From Anaerolineae bacterium (GTDB lineage Bacteria; Chloroflexota; Anaerolineae; Anaerolineales; Villigracilaceae), in the NCBI GenBank assembly GCA_030123675.1, contig JASJYH010000004.1:184-64183 (forward strand): a stretch of 64,000 bases of DNA, in the 5' to 3' direction. Below, in pieces: positions 18,812 through 29,706 of the stretch. A model generated the notes under the pieces. It had not been told where the DNA came from. It searched no databases and saw only the letters and a list, made by a program, of their open reading frames with translations. Numbering within the stretch: the first letter of the stretch is position 1; every line of letters begins with the position of its first letter. Both the position numbers and the translations under genes were made by a program.

Positions 18812-20193
18812 ATGGTTTCCTCTTCGAAGGTCGAAATTATACTACTTGAGTTGATTCCGTTGGATAGCCAGGGAGAAAATTGTGCCATAAACCGTCCGGG
18901 AATCTTGCCCATCATGTGGACGCCACCTCGGCCATGTTTGATAAAATCTACTTGGCCCATTTCGTGAAATATCGATATAAGAGCTCCTTGCTTATAGGGA
19001 AGATGAACGTCGATGGAGGTATATTTTTCATACAGCTCCTGGTGGATCAAACGTAGTAGATCGGATAAACCGCTTCCGTTCAGACCCGAAATTGCTATCG
19101 CTTGTGGATAGTCTTCAAGCGATTTTTGGATAAGTTCTTGATCCTTAAACCGGTCTATTTTATTTAATGCTGTGATCATTGGAATGTGACCAGCGCCAAT
19201 TTCATCTATAGTTTGCTGGACGGATTCGAACTGGTTTAAAGCATTTGGGTGAGATATATCGACCATTTGAAGCAATAAATCTGCCTCCGCGATCTCCTCC
19301 AGGGTGGCTTGAAAAGCGGCCACCAAAGTTGTTGGCAATTTTTGAATAAACCCAACCGTGTCTGTGAATAAAGCTTGGTAGCCTCCTGGTAGCTTAACAC
19401 GCCGTGTGGTTGGATCTAAGGTTGCAAAAAGTTGATTTGCCACATGCACATCCGCTTTCGCCAACCGGTTAAGCAACGTGGACTTGCCGGCGTTTGTGTA
19501 TCCGACCATAGCTACAGTTGGGATTCTTGCTCGTTTCCGTTTGGCGCGGTAGCGTTCTCGGTGTGCACGAACCTTTTCGATCTGTTTTTTCAAACTGGAG
19601 ATTCGGTTCCTTATTTGGCGGCGATCCACCTCAAGTTGGGTCTCACCTGGGCCGCGAAGTCCAACGCCGCCGACAGAACCCGTTCGACCAGCACCCCCAC
19701 CTGCCTGACGGGCAAGATGCGTCCATTGGCGTGTCAATCGTGGAAGATAATATTCACATTGCGCGAGTTCAACTTGAAGCATGCCTTCGCTGGTCTTGGC
19801 GTGCTGGGCAAAAATATCAAGGATTAAAGCGGTGCGATCGAGTATCCGGATATTAGTACCTAATGCCTTTTCTAACTCTCGCTGGTGACGTGGTGACAAC
19901 TCATCATCGATAACTACAACTTGGCTCAAACTGTCCTCCGCCAAAGCTTTTAATTCTTCAACCTTACCCGGACCAATATAGGTTTCTACATGGGGGTGTT
20001 TAAGTTTTTGGGTTAGTTCACCTACTACCTCTAAGCCGGCAGTTTCAGAGAGAAGAGTTAATTCAGCCAATGAATCATTCATTGTCAAAAATCCTGGCTT
20101 TTGATATATCTCTACGCCAACAAGGAATACCCGCTCTTTCATTGGTTTGGTAGGTTTAGGAATTCTATTGGACATGAATATTTTTTCGATCAA
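18808..20193 (-). CDS. hflX: GTPase HflX
   Basis: GYTNAGKSTLLN (G1), FTDTVGFIQKLP and NKID motifs, with an HflX N-terminal domain. The start is uncertain: TTG at 20193 overlaps the upstream stop, or ATG at 20175. Confidence 0.85.
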   Translation of the reverse strand: MIEKIFMSNRIPKPTKPMKERVFLVGVEIYQKPGFLTMNDSLAELTLLSETAGLEVVGELTQKLKHPHVETYIGPGKVEELKALAEDSLSQVVVIDDELSPRHQRELEKALGTNIRILDRTALILDIFAQHAKTSEGMLQVELAQCEYYLPRLTRQWTHLARQAGGGAGRTGSVGGVGLRGPGETQLEVDRRQIRNRISSLKKQIEKVRAHRERYRAKRKRARIPTVAMVGYTNAGKSTLLNRLAKADVHVANQLFATLDPTTRRVKLPGGYQALFTDTVGFIQKLPTTLVAAFQATLEEIAEADLLLQMVDISHPNALNQFESVQQTIDEIGAGHIPMITALNKIDRFKDQELIQKSLEDYPQAIAISGLNGSGLSDLLRLIHQELYEKYTSIDVHLPYKQGALISIFHEMGQVDFIKHGRGGVHMMGKIPGRFMAQFSPWLSNGINSSSIISTFEEETI

Positions 20194-21401
20194 TTATTTA
20201 TGTGAAATAGTTTATCAACTTTCGGATCTGCAGCTTCAGTCCGGATTGGAAGTAAGATATGAAAAATTGATCCTGGATTAGTCTCTTCATCCCTGCCTTG
20301 AGATTCTACCCAAATAGTACCTCCATGTGCCTCTATTATGCCACGCGCTATTGGCAATCCCAATCCAGGACCGCCGCCTTTAAATTTGGTTTTTCCACTG
20401 GAGTGCAAATTCAATTCGCTAAATTGTGCAAACTTTTCAAAGAGTATGCTTTGATGTTCGATCGCGATCCCAATGCCATTATCCTTTACAGTTATTTCGA
20501 TAAAGCCTGGCAAGAGTCGGCCATCCATGCTTATCTTTCCGTTGTCTGGTGTGTATTTTATAGCGTTGACCAAAACATTTCGTATAGCTTGAAAAAGGCG
20601 CTCCGGATCGGCATATAACCAAGTCTCAATTCCTTGAAATTCATTAATTTCCAATTTTTGCTTACGAGCTTTAAATGATTTTTCTAAATCAGTTCTTAGC
20701 ATTTTCAAGACATGGTTTAGCGTAATGTATTGAATGTTGAGTGACAACAAATTATTGTCAATGACCGAAACATCGATCATATCGTTAATTATCTCTTGTA
20801 ATCGATCAACACCTTTGTCCATGCCGATCATTAAATTTTCTAACTGAGCTTCTTCAGATTTTTCCAGCAGCTCTCGGATCATTGCGGTATAGCCTTCTAT
20901 GAGGGTCAAGGGAGTTTTTAACTCATGTGCAGCAACTGAGATAAAGTTTGATTTGGTCTTGTCTAATTGTTCGAGCTTTTGTTGAACATCATACAGTTCA
21001 TTGGAAACAAAGGAAACGCGGTTGTCCATTTCAAGCCGGGCGGCTTTATCTAGTGCATACGTGAAAATGGGAATAATTACTGTTAGTAACTTTAATGACT
21101 CTTTATCCGATAGTTTTTCTTGGGCAATTTCATTGGTTTTTGCAAGCATAATGCCCAAAAGGCGTGAGACGTTTTTTGTTTCTTGCTCTAGATCTGTTTG
21201 AGTTGGTGATGAAACCCAGGTAGTCAAGATTGGATCTAACGATGTTGGATCATCGTTAGCGATAGCTGCTATGAGAAGGGAGAAGAACTCCCCTAATTCC
21301 TTCTCGAAGTTGGTACGCACGGCCGCGTCAAGTTCCATGCTATGTGAAATATGTTGCAGCCAATTGACTCGAAGTTTAATTAATGAATCTTTTGGGTTCA
21401 T
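20190..21401 (-). CDS. Cytoplasmic sensor histidine kinase
   Basis: 403 aa. H-box SVAAHELKTPLT, N-box VLVNAIKYT, G-boxes KDNGIGI and GGGPGLGLPIA. No TM segments. Confidence 0.8.
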   Translation of the reverse strand: MNPKDSLIKLRVNWLQHISHSMELDAAVRTNFEKELGEFFSLLIAAIANDDPTSLDPILTTWVSSPTQTDLEQETKNVSRLLGIMLAKTNEIAQEKLSDKESLKLLTVIIPIFTYALDKAARLEMDNRVSFVSNELYDVQQKLEQLDKTKSNFISVAAHELKTPLTLIEGYTAMIRELLEKSEEAQLENLMIGMDKGVDRLQEIINDMIDVSVIDNNLLSLNIQYITLNHVLKMLRTDLEKSFKARKQKLEINEFQGIETWLYADPERLFQAIRNVLVNAIKYTPDNGKISMDGRLLPGFIEITVKDNGIGIAIEHQSILFEKFAQFSELNLHSSGKTKFKGGGPGLGLPIARGIIEAHGGTIWVESQGRDEETNPGSIFHILLPIRTEAADPKVDKLFHINN

Positions 21402-21441
21402 TAATTATAGTGTACGCGTTCTCCTAATTTTTGGCAAATAG

Positions 21442-22344
21442 TTAGCGAGGGTTATTTCGACTTAAAACCCAACTTAGCAATACGTCCCCGATGATATTTA
21501 GGCTGGTTGCTGATACCTTGTCGAAGGAATCACTTGTTGTATGCCAGTATGGATAATCAAAATCAATGATATCAATTGCAGAAATGCCCTGTTCCAAAAA
21601 TGGGGTGTGATCATCGAGAATAGAGTATTTCTCTTCAGAGATAAAAAACTCTTCATATCCTAAGTCAGAGGCAATATCCCAAATTTCATTTACCAATTCC
21701 TGATCAGAGTTTCGTTCTTTGTAAATATTTAAATCAACGTCACCAATCATATCCACAATCACAACAGCCTCAGGAATAAATTCCAATTCTTCTAAGAAAG
21801 CCCTTGACCCTAGAATCCAATCCCAACCCTGAATGCGTCCATTATCTTCTGCATCGAAAAAAACTAACCAGATCGGAAGAGAATCAATTGGTAACACGCG
21901 TCCTAGCTCGAGTAAGACAGCCACACCTGAGGCGCCATCATTTGCGCCGGGAACTGGTTCTAGCCACTTGGATGGATCGGGATCTTGATCGGCATATATG
22001 CGTGTGTCATAATGGGCTGCAATTATTATCGTCGGTTGATCTGGTCCTCGAAAGGCGACGATATTATTTATCGGATGGTCAAGCACTTCAGCGGATTGGA
22101 TGCGGGTCTCCCATCCTGCAGCGCTTAACTCGGAACGGATCCATTCTATAGCCCTGGCGTGCCCGGCAGATCCAGGTATCCGAGGCCCGAAAGCGAGTTG
22201 TGTTTCCACTGCGGACAATGCTCTTTGCCCGTCAAATTTACTTGTTGTGGGTTGTGAAATAAATGCTGATGTATACCAACCAAAGGTGATGAGAAACAAA
22301 ATTCCTATCGTCGATAAATAAATGGCAATATTTCTTTTACTCAT
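21442..22344 (-). CDS. M28-family zinc peptidase (aminopeptidase / glutaminyl-cyclase-like), membrane anchored
   Basis: 300 aa. [16 protein letters not shown] and FFDAEDNG metal-ligand motifs, plus an N-terminal TM. Confidence 0.75.
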   Translation of the reverse strand: MSKRNIAIYLSTIGILFLITFGWYTSAFISQPTTSKFDGQRALSAVETQLAFGPRIPGSAGHARAIEWIRSELSAAGWETRIQSAEVLDHPINNIVAFRGPDQPTIIIAAHYDTRIYADQDPDPSKWLEPVPGANDGASGVAVLLELGRVLPIDSLPIWLVFFDAEDNGRIQGWDWILGSRAFLEELEFIPEAVVIVDMIGDVDLNIYKERNSDQELVNEIWDIASDLGYEEFFISEEKYSILDDHTPFLEQGISAIDIIDFDYPYWHTTSDSFDKVSATSLNIIGDVLLSWVLSRNNPR

Positions 22345-23698
22345 AACCTTTTATTGGCATTAAGTATTCTTGTAGATCAGTCAGCGCTCGTTCAGCGTAA
22401 GCCTTTCCGCGTTCTCTTTTGCCTCGTTTCTTGCCAGTGTTTTCCAAAGCAGGCAATATCCCAAAATTTGCTTTCATTGGTTGAAAATCGGCCATATCTG
22501 CATGGGTGACATAATGTGCGAGGGCACCCAGCATTGTAGTTTTTGGAAGAGTTAGGAGAGGTTGACGATAAATTTGGCGAGCTGCATTTATTCCTGCCAA
22601 TAATCCTGTCGCAATATTGCCAATATATCCTTCTACTCCTGTAATTTGGCCTGCAAGGAACAAATCATCCCGTATATTGAATTGAAGCGTAGGACGCAAA
22701 AGTTTTGGACTAGCCAGGAAGGTGTTGCGATGCATCTGGCCATAACGTTCAAAATCTGCCGTTTCAAGACCTGGGATTAATCGAAATACACGCCGCTGGT
22801 CTGGAAATTTCAGATTTGTTTGAAAACCAACCAAATTGTATAAATCACCAGCGAGATTATCTTGTCGTAATTGCACGACTGCATGAGGGCGCTGCCCATC
22901 GCGGGGATCAATTAGCCCAACAGGGCGCATAGGACCAAATGCCAGAGAGGCAAGCCCGCGTTCAGCGATGATTTCAACAGGCAAACAGCCTTCAAAGAAA
23001 TGATGTGCGCCTGCTTTCACACCACTTCGAATGGTTTCTTCAAAGGATCGCAATTCAATTCGTTCCGCCTCGAGCAAGGCCTTTACAAAATTTTCGTATT
23101 CAACCTTGTTGTATGGACAGTTTATATAATCCCCTTCGACTTGATCACTCTTATCATTTCGTGATGCTCTGAACGCGATCTCATGATTTATCGTGTCGTA
23201 GTTAATGATTGGAGAGATTGCATCGAAGAAATATAAGTGATCTTCGCCGAATAATTTTTTAAGATATTCAGAAAGATTTTGTGATGTTAAAGGGCCTGTC
23301 GCTATTATCGTGGGCGAATCGGGAATAGTAGTTACTTCCTCCCTTATTACATTTATCAAGGGATGGGAATAAATTTTGTCTGAAACTTTTTGTGAAAATA
23401 ATTGCCTGTCTACCGCCAATGCTGCCCCAGCCGGTACGGCAGTTTCCTCTGCAGTTTCAAGTAGCATTGAGCCAAAATGACGTAACTCATTCTTTAACAA
23501 ACCTGCTGCGCGATCTGGTAAGTTAGAGCCTAATGAATTGGAGCAAATTAGTTCGGCTAGATCGCTTGTTTGATGTGCCCCTGTGGATTTGACTGGACGC
23601 ATTTCGTATAGTGAAACAGAAATTCCCAATTCCGCTGATTGCCATGCAGCTTCACTGCCGGCCAGCCCACCACCGATAATTGTCAGTTTATTTTCCAT
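22337..23698 (-). CDS. trmFO: Methylenetetrahydrofolate--tRNA-(uracil-5-)-methyltransferase TrmFO
   Basis: 453 aa. [16 protein letters not shown] motif and [10 protein letters not shown], with overall TrmFO/Gid-like sequence. Confidence 0.9.
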   Translation of the reverse strand: MENKLTIIGGGLAGSEAAWQSAELGISVSLYEMRPVKSTGAHQTSDLAELICSNSLGSNLPDRAAGLLKNELRHFGSMLLETAEETAVPAGAALAVDRQLFSQKVSDKIYSHPLINVIREEVTTIPDSPTIIATGPLTSQNLSEYLKKLFGEDHLYFFDAISPIINYDTINHEIAFRASRNDKSDQVEGDYINCPYNKVEYENFVKALLEAERIELRSFEETIRSGVKAGAHHFFEGCLPVEIIAERGLASLAFGPMRPVGLIDPRDGQRPHAVVQLRQDNLAGDLYNLVGFQTNLKFPDQRRVFRLIPGLETADFERYGQMHRNTFLASPKLLRPTLQFNIRDDLFLAGQITGVEGYIGNIATGLLAGINAARQIYRQPLLTLPKTTMLGALAHYVTHADMADFQPMKANFGILPALENTGKKRGKRERGKAYAERALTDLQEYLMPIKGYE

Positions 23699-23761
23699 GA
23701 TTCCGAGCTATTGTACCATTCGTTTATTTGTACTTTACTGCTGTATAATAATGTAACAATT

Positions 23762-26392
23762 ATGGTTGATAAGAACGGAACAGGTTATCGGCTGAAGGAG
23801 GCCACCCAGATTGCGGGGTCATCTTGGGTTGTGCATTTAGATCGTCAAGTGGGGAAGTGGAAATTCGTAAATTCATACAAACTTACCAAACCACGAACTA
23901 CAAATTTGGTTGATTATCTGTCTCAATCTTCGGTTGATTCATGGTTATGTGGCGCGCTAGGTAGTCGCTCTAGCCGTTCGCGTGCGATAATCAAAGAAAT
24001 TAACATCGGATGTAGTCGCTTATTCGCATTCCCGATCGAGGGAAGTACTGGAGTTCTGCTTGTTGGTGGGGACGAACAGAATGGGATCGCACAACGAGTT
24101 TGGAAATTGGTAGCAAGTACATTATCCGAACCCGAGGCGGGGGATCCGGAAGTTTCACCGGTCGTGTCGGATACGCTGGTGTCTGCTATGCAGGAGGGGG
24201 TCCCCTATGATTTACCTGCTGCATTAGATCAGATGCTAGCATCGATTGCACTCCAAGTCCCGTGTCAGGGAGCTTGGTTGGCTGTTCGAAGGGGTGATGT
24301 TTTAGAGATTCAAACTCATTGGCGGACTCCACAGAGTAAAGGTACTGCTCTTAATATTGATAACTATGAAGTTCTACAGGAAATCAGCAAGACCCAAACT
24401 GGGCTGAGGATTGAACGTGATGCCGAGCACCAATGGGAAGAACTCCCTCAAATCGGGTTAAAGACAACTACAGGTGCTTGGGGATGCGTGCCACTAGTTG
24501 TCGGTCAAAGACTTATTGGTATGATCGCTTTGTGGCGATTACGATCCTTTAATGATCAAGAGTGGAAACAATTTGTTGATATGGTTGTACGGGCTGCCCC
24601 TTCTGTTGAAGTCATCATAACGTTCACCGAATTAAGCGGTCATTTACACCGTTTGGCAATGTTAAATGATTTCGTTTTGACACTATCATCCGGGAAAAAC
24701 ATAGATCAAATTGCACAACGGGTCTTCGCTCTGTTAGCGCGCGCATTTCGAACTGAGGTGTGTGGATTATATCTAATCTCTACTGATGAACGGACGATTC
24801 GAGAATATCGAAATGTCAATGGGAATGTAAATTTGAACATAACGGGATTAAGCAATCATCCCGTTATCAAATTATCCAATAGAGAACAAATCAGACAACT
24901 GAGTCGAAATGAAAAAACAGAAGTTTTATTTGCTTCTGAGAATTCTCAAGATTTGGTGCTGGTTCCCTTGCGCTATCGTGGACGAACAAATGGTTGGCTA
25001 GCACTTGAGATTTCATCGTCAGAAGGCTTTTCAGTTTACGACACACGTTTAATTACTGTAATTGCAGGCCACCTTGCAGGTTTATTGGAATATACCCGTT
25101 TGCGAGAGGAGGCAATTGGTAGGGCAAGGAATTTGGGGCTGATCCATGAAGTTGTCCAAGAAGTCATCGGTCTACTAGATAAACAAGAAGTAATCCAAAT
25201 CACTGCAGAATTATTGGTTCGTTATTTTGGTTATGAATTTGCTGTTATTTTATTGGTCGACGATGATAATAAACCGATACATTGCGGATCTGGAGGCTCG
25301 CAAGCCCCATCAACTGAAAATTTGATTTCTGAGTTTGCATATCTGGTTGATGAAAATAAAGGGGGTATAACACATCACGTTTTGGATACGGGTGAAAGCC
25401 TTTTGGTTAATGATGTAACCACTTCATCAATTTATATATCCATCGAAGGTTGGGATGCAGGTTCGGAGCTATGCGTTCCGCTGAAAGACGGTGGCCGCGT
25501 AGTGGGCTTGATGGATATTGAGAGTAGCTCGAAAAACGCATTCGACCAAAATGATATTATGGTGCTTGAATCACTTGCCGGTATTATATCCAGTGTGATT
25601 TCAAATGCGGATCAATATCAACATTCTCAGGAAAATGTACGGAAATTAAGACAAACGCAACAAGAACTTCAATCCAGAATTGAATCCCAATTAGAAGCTG
25701 AACGCAGGCTGATACAGGCCGAGAAATTGGCAGCAGTAGGTGAAATGGCGGCCGGTATTGCCCATGAATTAAATAACCCGCTAACTACGGTTAATGGATT
25801 CACAGAAATTGTCTTAGATGAAATACCTAAAGATTCTAAAAACCGCAGTGATTTAGAACTTGTTTTGCAAGAGGCCAGACGTGCACGTGATGTAGTCCGG
25901 CGCTTACTTGATTTTTCGCGACGGAGTGAAAGTGAACGGACAAAGGCAGATATTAACGAAATTTTAAATGATGTATTATCGTTGACAAATCATTTAATGC
26001 AATCTAGCGCTGTGGAATTGGATGTATCCCTGGAGGAGAATTTACCCTGGGTTTCCATTGATCGAAATCAAATGAAACAAGTTTTCCTAAATCTGATCCA
26101 CAATGCAATCCAGGCTATGCCTTCGGGTGGACAATTACTCATTAAATCCGCTACGCTGCTACATGAAGGTCGAAAATGGGTTACCGCCTCAGTTAGTGAT
26201 TCCGGAGAAGGTATTGTGCCGGAAGCCCAAGCGCGCATTTTTGAGCCGTTTTTTACGACCAAGTCGAATGAAGGTGGTACAGGCCTTGGCTTATCCATTA
26301 CCTTTGGAATTGTATCTGATCATGGGGGTGATATAGAAGTCTTTAGTAAAATAAGAAAAGGATCAAAGTTTATAGTCCGGCTTCCAATTTAA
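23762..26392 (+). CDS. Multi-GAF sensor histidine kinase
   Basis: I chose the ATG at 23762 (MVDKNGTGYR); the longer track ORF from 23639 would overlap trmFO. Several GAF-like modules are followed by H-box AAGIAHELNNPLT, N-box LIHNAIQAM and G-box GGTGLGLSI. Confidence 0.85.
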   Translation: MVDKNGTGYRLKEATQIAGSSWVVHLDRQVGKWKFVNSYKLTKPRTTNLVDYLSQSSVDSWLCGALGSRSSRSRAIIKEINIGCSRLFAFPIEGSTGVLLVGGDEQNGIAQRVWKLVASTLSEPEAGDPEVSPVVSDTLVSAMQEGVPYDLPAALDQMLASIALQVPCQGAWLAVRRGDVLEIQTHWRTPQSKGTALNIDNYEVLQEISKTQTGLRIERDAEHQWEELPQIGLKTTTGAWGCVPLVVGQRLIGMIALWRLRSFNDQEWKQFVDMVVRAAPSVEVIITFTELSGHLHRLAMLNDFVLTLSSGKNIDQIAQRVFALLARAFRTEVCGLYLISTDERTIREYRNVNGNVNLNITGLSNHPVIKLSNREQIRQLSRNEKTEVLFASENSQDLVLVPLRYRGRTNGWLALEISSSEGFSVYDTRLITVIAGHLAGLLEYTRLREEAIGRARNLGLIHEVVQEVIGLLDKQEVIQITAELLVRYFGYEFAVILLVDDDNKPIHCGSGGSQAPSTENLISEFAYLVDENKGGITHHVLDTGESLLVNDVTTSSIYISIEGWDAGSELCVPLKDGGRVVGLMDIESSSKNAFDQNDIMVLESLAGIISSVISNADQYQHSQENVRKLRQTQQELQSRIESQLEAERRLIQAEKLAAVGEMAAGIAHELNNPLTTVNGFTEIVLDEIPKDSKNRSDLELVLQEARRARDVVRRLLDFSRRSESERTKADINEILNDVLSLTNHLMQSSAVELDVSLEENLPWVSIDRNQMKQVFLNLIHNAIQAMPSGGQLLIKSATLLHEGRKWVTASVSDSGEGIVPEAQARIFEPFFTTKSNEGGTGLGLSITFGIVSDHGGDIEVFSKIRKGSKFIVRLPI

Positions 26393-26399
26393 ATCATTC

Positions 26400-27983
26400 A
26401 TGAATGAGCATATACTAATTCTTGATGATGAACCAGGCATAACTAAATTATGTACTAGGTTATTAATACGAGCCGGGTACAATGTTTCTGCATTCACGGA
26501 GTCATCCCCAGCTTATCAACATTTGCGGTCGAATGAAATTGATATGCTTTTGGTTGATATTCGAATGCCAGGTACCGATGGATTTGAAGTAATAAATCAC
26601 GCGAAAAAATTACAACCCGATATTGCGGTACTTGTTATGACAGGATATGGAACTGTGGAGACCGCTATTCATGCACTTCGACAAGGTGTAGATGGATTGT
26701 TACTCAAGCCATTTGAACATGGCGCTGAGTTGGTAGACACTGTCAAACAAGCGCTATTGGATAGTGAGCGCAAGCGTGATGCAGCCCGAATTAATACACT
26801 AAGACCGCTATTCAATGTGACCGAATCTTTGCTATCTGAAACGCGCAGAGATAAATTAATGATATTGATCCAAAAATCGATTCAGGCACATTTGCGCTGT
26901 AAAAATGTGGGCTATTATCAGGTTGGAGGAGATCAAACGGTAAAATTGTTATCTGGCATCGGTAACGTACCCGCAATTAGTTCCGAAAATTCAAAAAATG
27001 GATTTTTGGATAAAATTGTAAATCTAAAAAAACCAATAATTATTAATGCAAGTGGTCCTGGATCAAAAGATTTTGGGTCAGAGTTGCAAAAACTTAATTT
27101 AAATGCGGCAATGTTCACACTAGTGAAAGGAATTAATGGGGATAGCTTACTTTTCGCAGGAAGAGACGAAAACGAGAATCCGTTCAGGGAAGCAGACTTG
27201 GAAATGTTCCTCATTCTTTCAAATCAATCTGCCATTGCACTTGAGAATGCGCGCTTGTACGCGGAATTGCGAGATTATGTAAAACAGGTTGAAGATTCTC
27301 AACAAGCCTTACTTCGTGCCGAGAAAATGGCTACCTCTGGTCGGTTGTCTGTTTCGATCGCGCATGAAGTCAATAACCCGTTACAAGCTGTTCAGAATTG
27401 CTTACACCTTGCAGGCAGGGAAGATTTACCGGAGGAAAAAAGAAAAGAATATTTTGACCTTGCAAATACAGAGCTCGACCGACTTATGATTACGGTTCAA
27501 AGAATGTTAGATTTTTATCGTCCAGGGGCTGTTCCTGCCTCGAAGGTTAAATTGGATGCTATCCTTAAACATGTTCTGGATCTATTAGCGCAACAACTTG
27601 ATAAGCAAAAGATATCAGTCAGTGTGAATCTGGCAAAAAGGTTGCCTGAAGTTTTTGTGGTTGATAATCAAATTCAACAAGTATTTATTAATTTGATCTT
27701 GAACTCAACAGATGCTATGCCAGATGGGGGAGAGCTTGGAATAATTGCAAAACCGGTAAAAGATGGAATTGAAATCCTTATTCAAGATAACGGTCCTGGC
27801 ATTCCTGATGAAAGCCTCCCGCATATATTTGAACCTTTTTTTAGTACGAAGGAGGGCGGAACAGGACTTGGATTAACTGTCAGTTACAATATAATAACTG
27901 CGCATGCAGGTACTCTCGAAATAATTTCGGATAATGGCCCCGGGACTTGCTTCCGTTTATTTCTGCCGATTGGAGGAAAATAA
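26400..27983 (+). CDS. Hybrid REC-GAF-histidine kinase
   Basis: 527 aa. N-terminal receiver (ILDDEPG, LLVDIRMPGTDG, LLKPF), a central GAF-like region, H-box VSIAHEVNNPL and G-box GGTGLGLTV. Confidence 0.85.
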   Translation: MNEHILILDDEPGITKLCTRLLIRAGYNVSAFTESSPAYQHLRSNEIDMLLVDIRMPGTDGFEVINHAKKLQPDIAVLVMTGYGTVETAIHALRQGVDGLLLKPFEHGAELVDTVKQALLDSERKRDAARINTLRPLFNVTESLLSETRRDKLMILIQKSIQAHLRCKNVGYYQVGGDQTVKLLSGIGNVPAISSENSKNGFLDKIVNLKKPIIINASGPGSKDFGSELQKLNLNAAMFTLVKGINGDSLLFAGRDENENPFREADLEMFLILSNQSAIALENARLYAELRDYVKQVEDSQQALLRAEKMATSGRLSVSIAHEVNNPLQAVQNCLHLAGREDLPEEKRKEYFDLANTELDRLMITVQRMLDFYRPGAVPASKVKLDAILKHVLDLLAQQLDKQKISVSVNLAKRLPEVFVVDNQIQQVFINLILNSTDAMPDGGELGIIAKPVKDGIEILIQDNGPGIPDESLPHIFEPFFSTKEGGTGLGLTVSYNIITAHAGTLEIISDNGPGTCFRLFLPIGGK

Positions 27984-28738
27984 TGAAGACGAGCATACTA
28001 ATTGTCGATGATGAGCCTGTTGCCCGAAAATCTTTAACAGATATATTGCGCTTGGAAGGATACTCTGTTTCATCTGTTCCAAATGGACAAGCCGCGATAG
28101 AGCATATTCGTACTAACCAAATTGACTTAATGATTGTTGATTTACGTATGCCTGGAATGGATGGCCTCGAGGTAGTCCAAGTTGTAAATCAGCTTGCGCC
28201 AGATACCGAAATTGTCCTTTTGACAGCCTACGCTTCTACTGAAACTGCTATTCAAGCCTTACGTTTGCGAATCCACGATTATTTGCAAAAACCAGCTTCC
28301 CCGGCACAGGTATTGGCCAGTGTAAAAAGGGGCATTGAACGACGAGAAATAAGATTACAAGCAAAGGAAAATGGTGGGGATTCATCCGATGCAAGTAAAG
28401 CCTTTGACGCACTAAGCCTAGACGATGGAACAGAAATCGATTTGTCCCGCCGACAAATCAAATTAAACAATACAATAGTAAGCTTAACCCCAGCCGAAGG
28501 GAGATTATTACGTGTTCTATTAGCTAACGAGGGAAAGGTATTTGCGCACCGTGAATTGGTCTTGCTTGTTCAAGGTTATGATACTTCGCAACGAGAAGCA
28601 CCAGAAATTCTTAGACCTTTGGTAAGTCGTTTACGTCACAAATTAGAGGTCTTTCCAGCTCTTGCAGATCATATCGTTAGTATCCGAGGAACTGGGTATG
28701 TCTACGAGGGCATAAAAGATGATATTAGCAGTCGTTAG
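27983..28738 (+). CDS. Response regulator, REC + OmpR-type winged helix
   Basis: The ATG at 27983 overlaps the upstream TAA (TAATG) and follows GGAGG. MKTSILIVDDEP, MIVDLRMPGMDG; C-terminal LTPAEGRLLRVL...IRGTGYVY. Confidence 0.8.
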   Translation: MKTSILIVDDEPVARKSLTDILRLEGYSVSSVPNGQAAIEHIRTNQIDLMIVDLRMPGMDGLEVVQVVNQLAPDTEIVLLTAYASTETAIQALRLRIHDYLQKPASPAQVLASVKRGIERREIRLQAKENGGDSSDASKAFDALSLDDGTEIDLSRRQIKLNNTIVSLTPAEGRLLRVLLANEGKVFAHRELVLLVQGYDTSQREAPEILRPLVSRLRHKLEVFPALADHIVSIRGTGYVYEGIKDDISSR

Positions 28739-29700
28739 CGATTCTTGGATTCGGGTTGTGGTTGACGAAAAGTCAAGTCATTTGGTATACCGGGTGGAGT
28801 AAGCCAGCTTAACCAACTTCCACGCCCGATATTTTTCTGATTCTCTTTAAATTTATCAAAATATACTAAAAATATGCTGGCAAAGAGAATTCCAGCACCG
28901 ACCCATTGTATTGGGGTTAAACTTTCCTTAAGCCATACAATACTTAATCCAATAGCTACTAAAAGCTCTAGCAACCCAAGTAACGAAGTTTGCATACCAC
29001 CCAAATGTTTTACTCCGAGAAACAGGAATAAACGAGATAAAAAAGTGACCAAGGTTAATGCAATAACAGGCCACCAAAGACCTGGACCGGGAAGTGTTCG
29101 ATCAAATATTAAATATGCTGGAAATACAACTAAGCTCATTGCCAGAAGAGTATAAAGAGTTACCGTTGGAGCAGGGATATCATACAAGACCTTCTGATTG
29201 ATAGGGATATGAAGCGCATAAAGTACGGAAGCTAATAACATTTGAGCGACCCCGATAATGTCTATGCTACCGGTTGAAGTATAGGTTAATAATATTACAG
29301 CGACAGTCGCTAGAAATATACGCGCTATTGTAAATCGACTAGGGGGTTGCGAATCTAAAATTAGGACAATTGCAACAATTAAGGGATAAAGGGAGAAGAG
29401 CAGCTGCCCAACTGATGCAGTAACCCGGCCAAGTGCAGCATAATAAAATATAGAACCTACTCCATTTAATAAACCGGCGATTCCGCAACCTAGTAACCCC
29501 GCAGGATAAATATATAAATATTTCCGACGAAAAATAACCATTATTGCGAGTAATAAAATCGTAGCCAGAAATGTTCTTAACCCAACTACCGCTAATGGCG
29601 TGATGTTCAGGTTTATTGCCTGCTTACCAAAAACAGGCGCCAACCCTAAAAACACTGTAGACAGCAGCGCTGCTTGTAAACCTGTCTTGCGTTTCTGCAT
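28735..29700 (-). CDS. EamA/DMT-superfamily transporter (10 TM)
   Basis: 321 aa. Two EamA-like halves of 5 TM each. Sits 6 nt downstream of the ThrC-like-REC gene. Its stop overlaps the stop of the convergent response regulator gene. Confidence 0.8.
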   Translation of the reverse strand: MQKRKTGLQAALLSTVFLGLAPVFGKQAINLNITPLAVVGLRTFLATILLLAIMVIFRRKYLYIYPAGLLGCGIAGLLNGVGSIFYYAALGRVTASVGQLLFSLYPLIVAIVLILDSQPPSRFTIARIFLATVAVILLTYTSTGSIDIIGVAQMLLASVLYALHIPINQKVLYDIPAPTVTLYTLLAMSLVVFPAYLIFDRTLPGPGLWWPVIALTLVTFLSRLFLFLGVKHLGGMQTSLLGLLELLVAIGLSIVWLKESLTPIQWVGAGILFASIFLVYFDKFKENQKNIGRGSWLSWLTPPGIPNDLTFRQPQPESKNR

Positions 29701-29706
29701 TATTTA

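Noticed and set aside
23639-23761. Longer N-terminal extension of the multi-GAF kinase
   Set aside because: The extension would overlap the trmFO 5' end by 60 nt on the opposite strand, and it translates to a low-quality sequence. The ATG at 23762 follows a TATAAT-containing spacer.
27947-27982. Track starts at 27947 for the response regulator and 8447 for secF
   Set aside because: Both upstream extensions lie inside the preceding gene. The internal ATGs (27983 with GGAGG, and 8387) give canonical N-termini.
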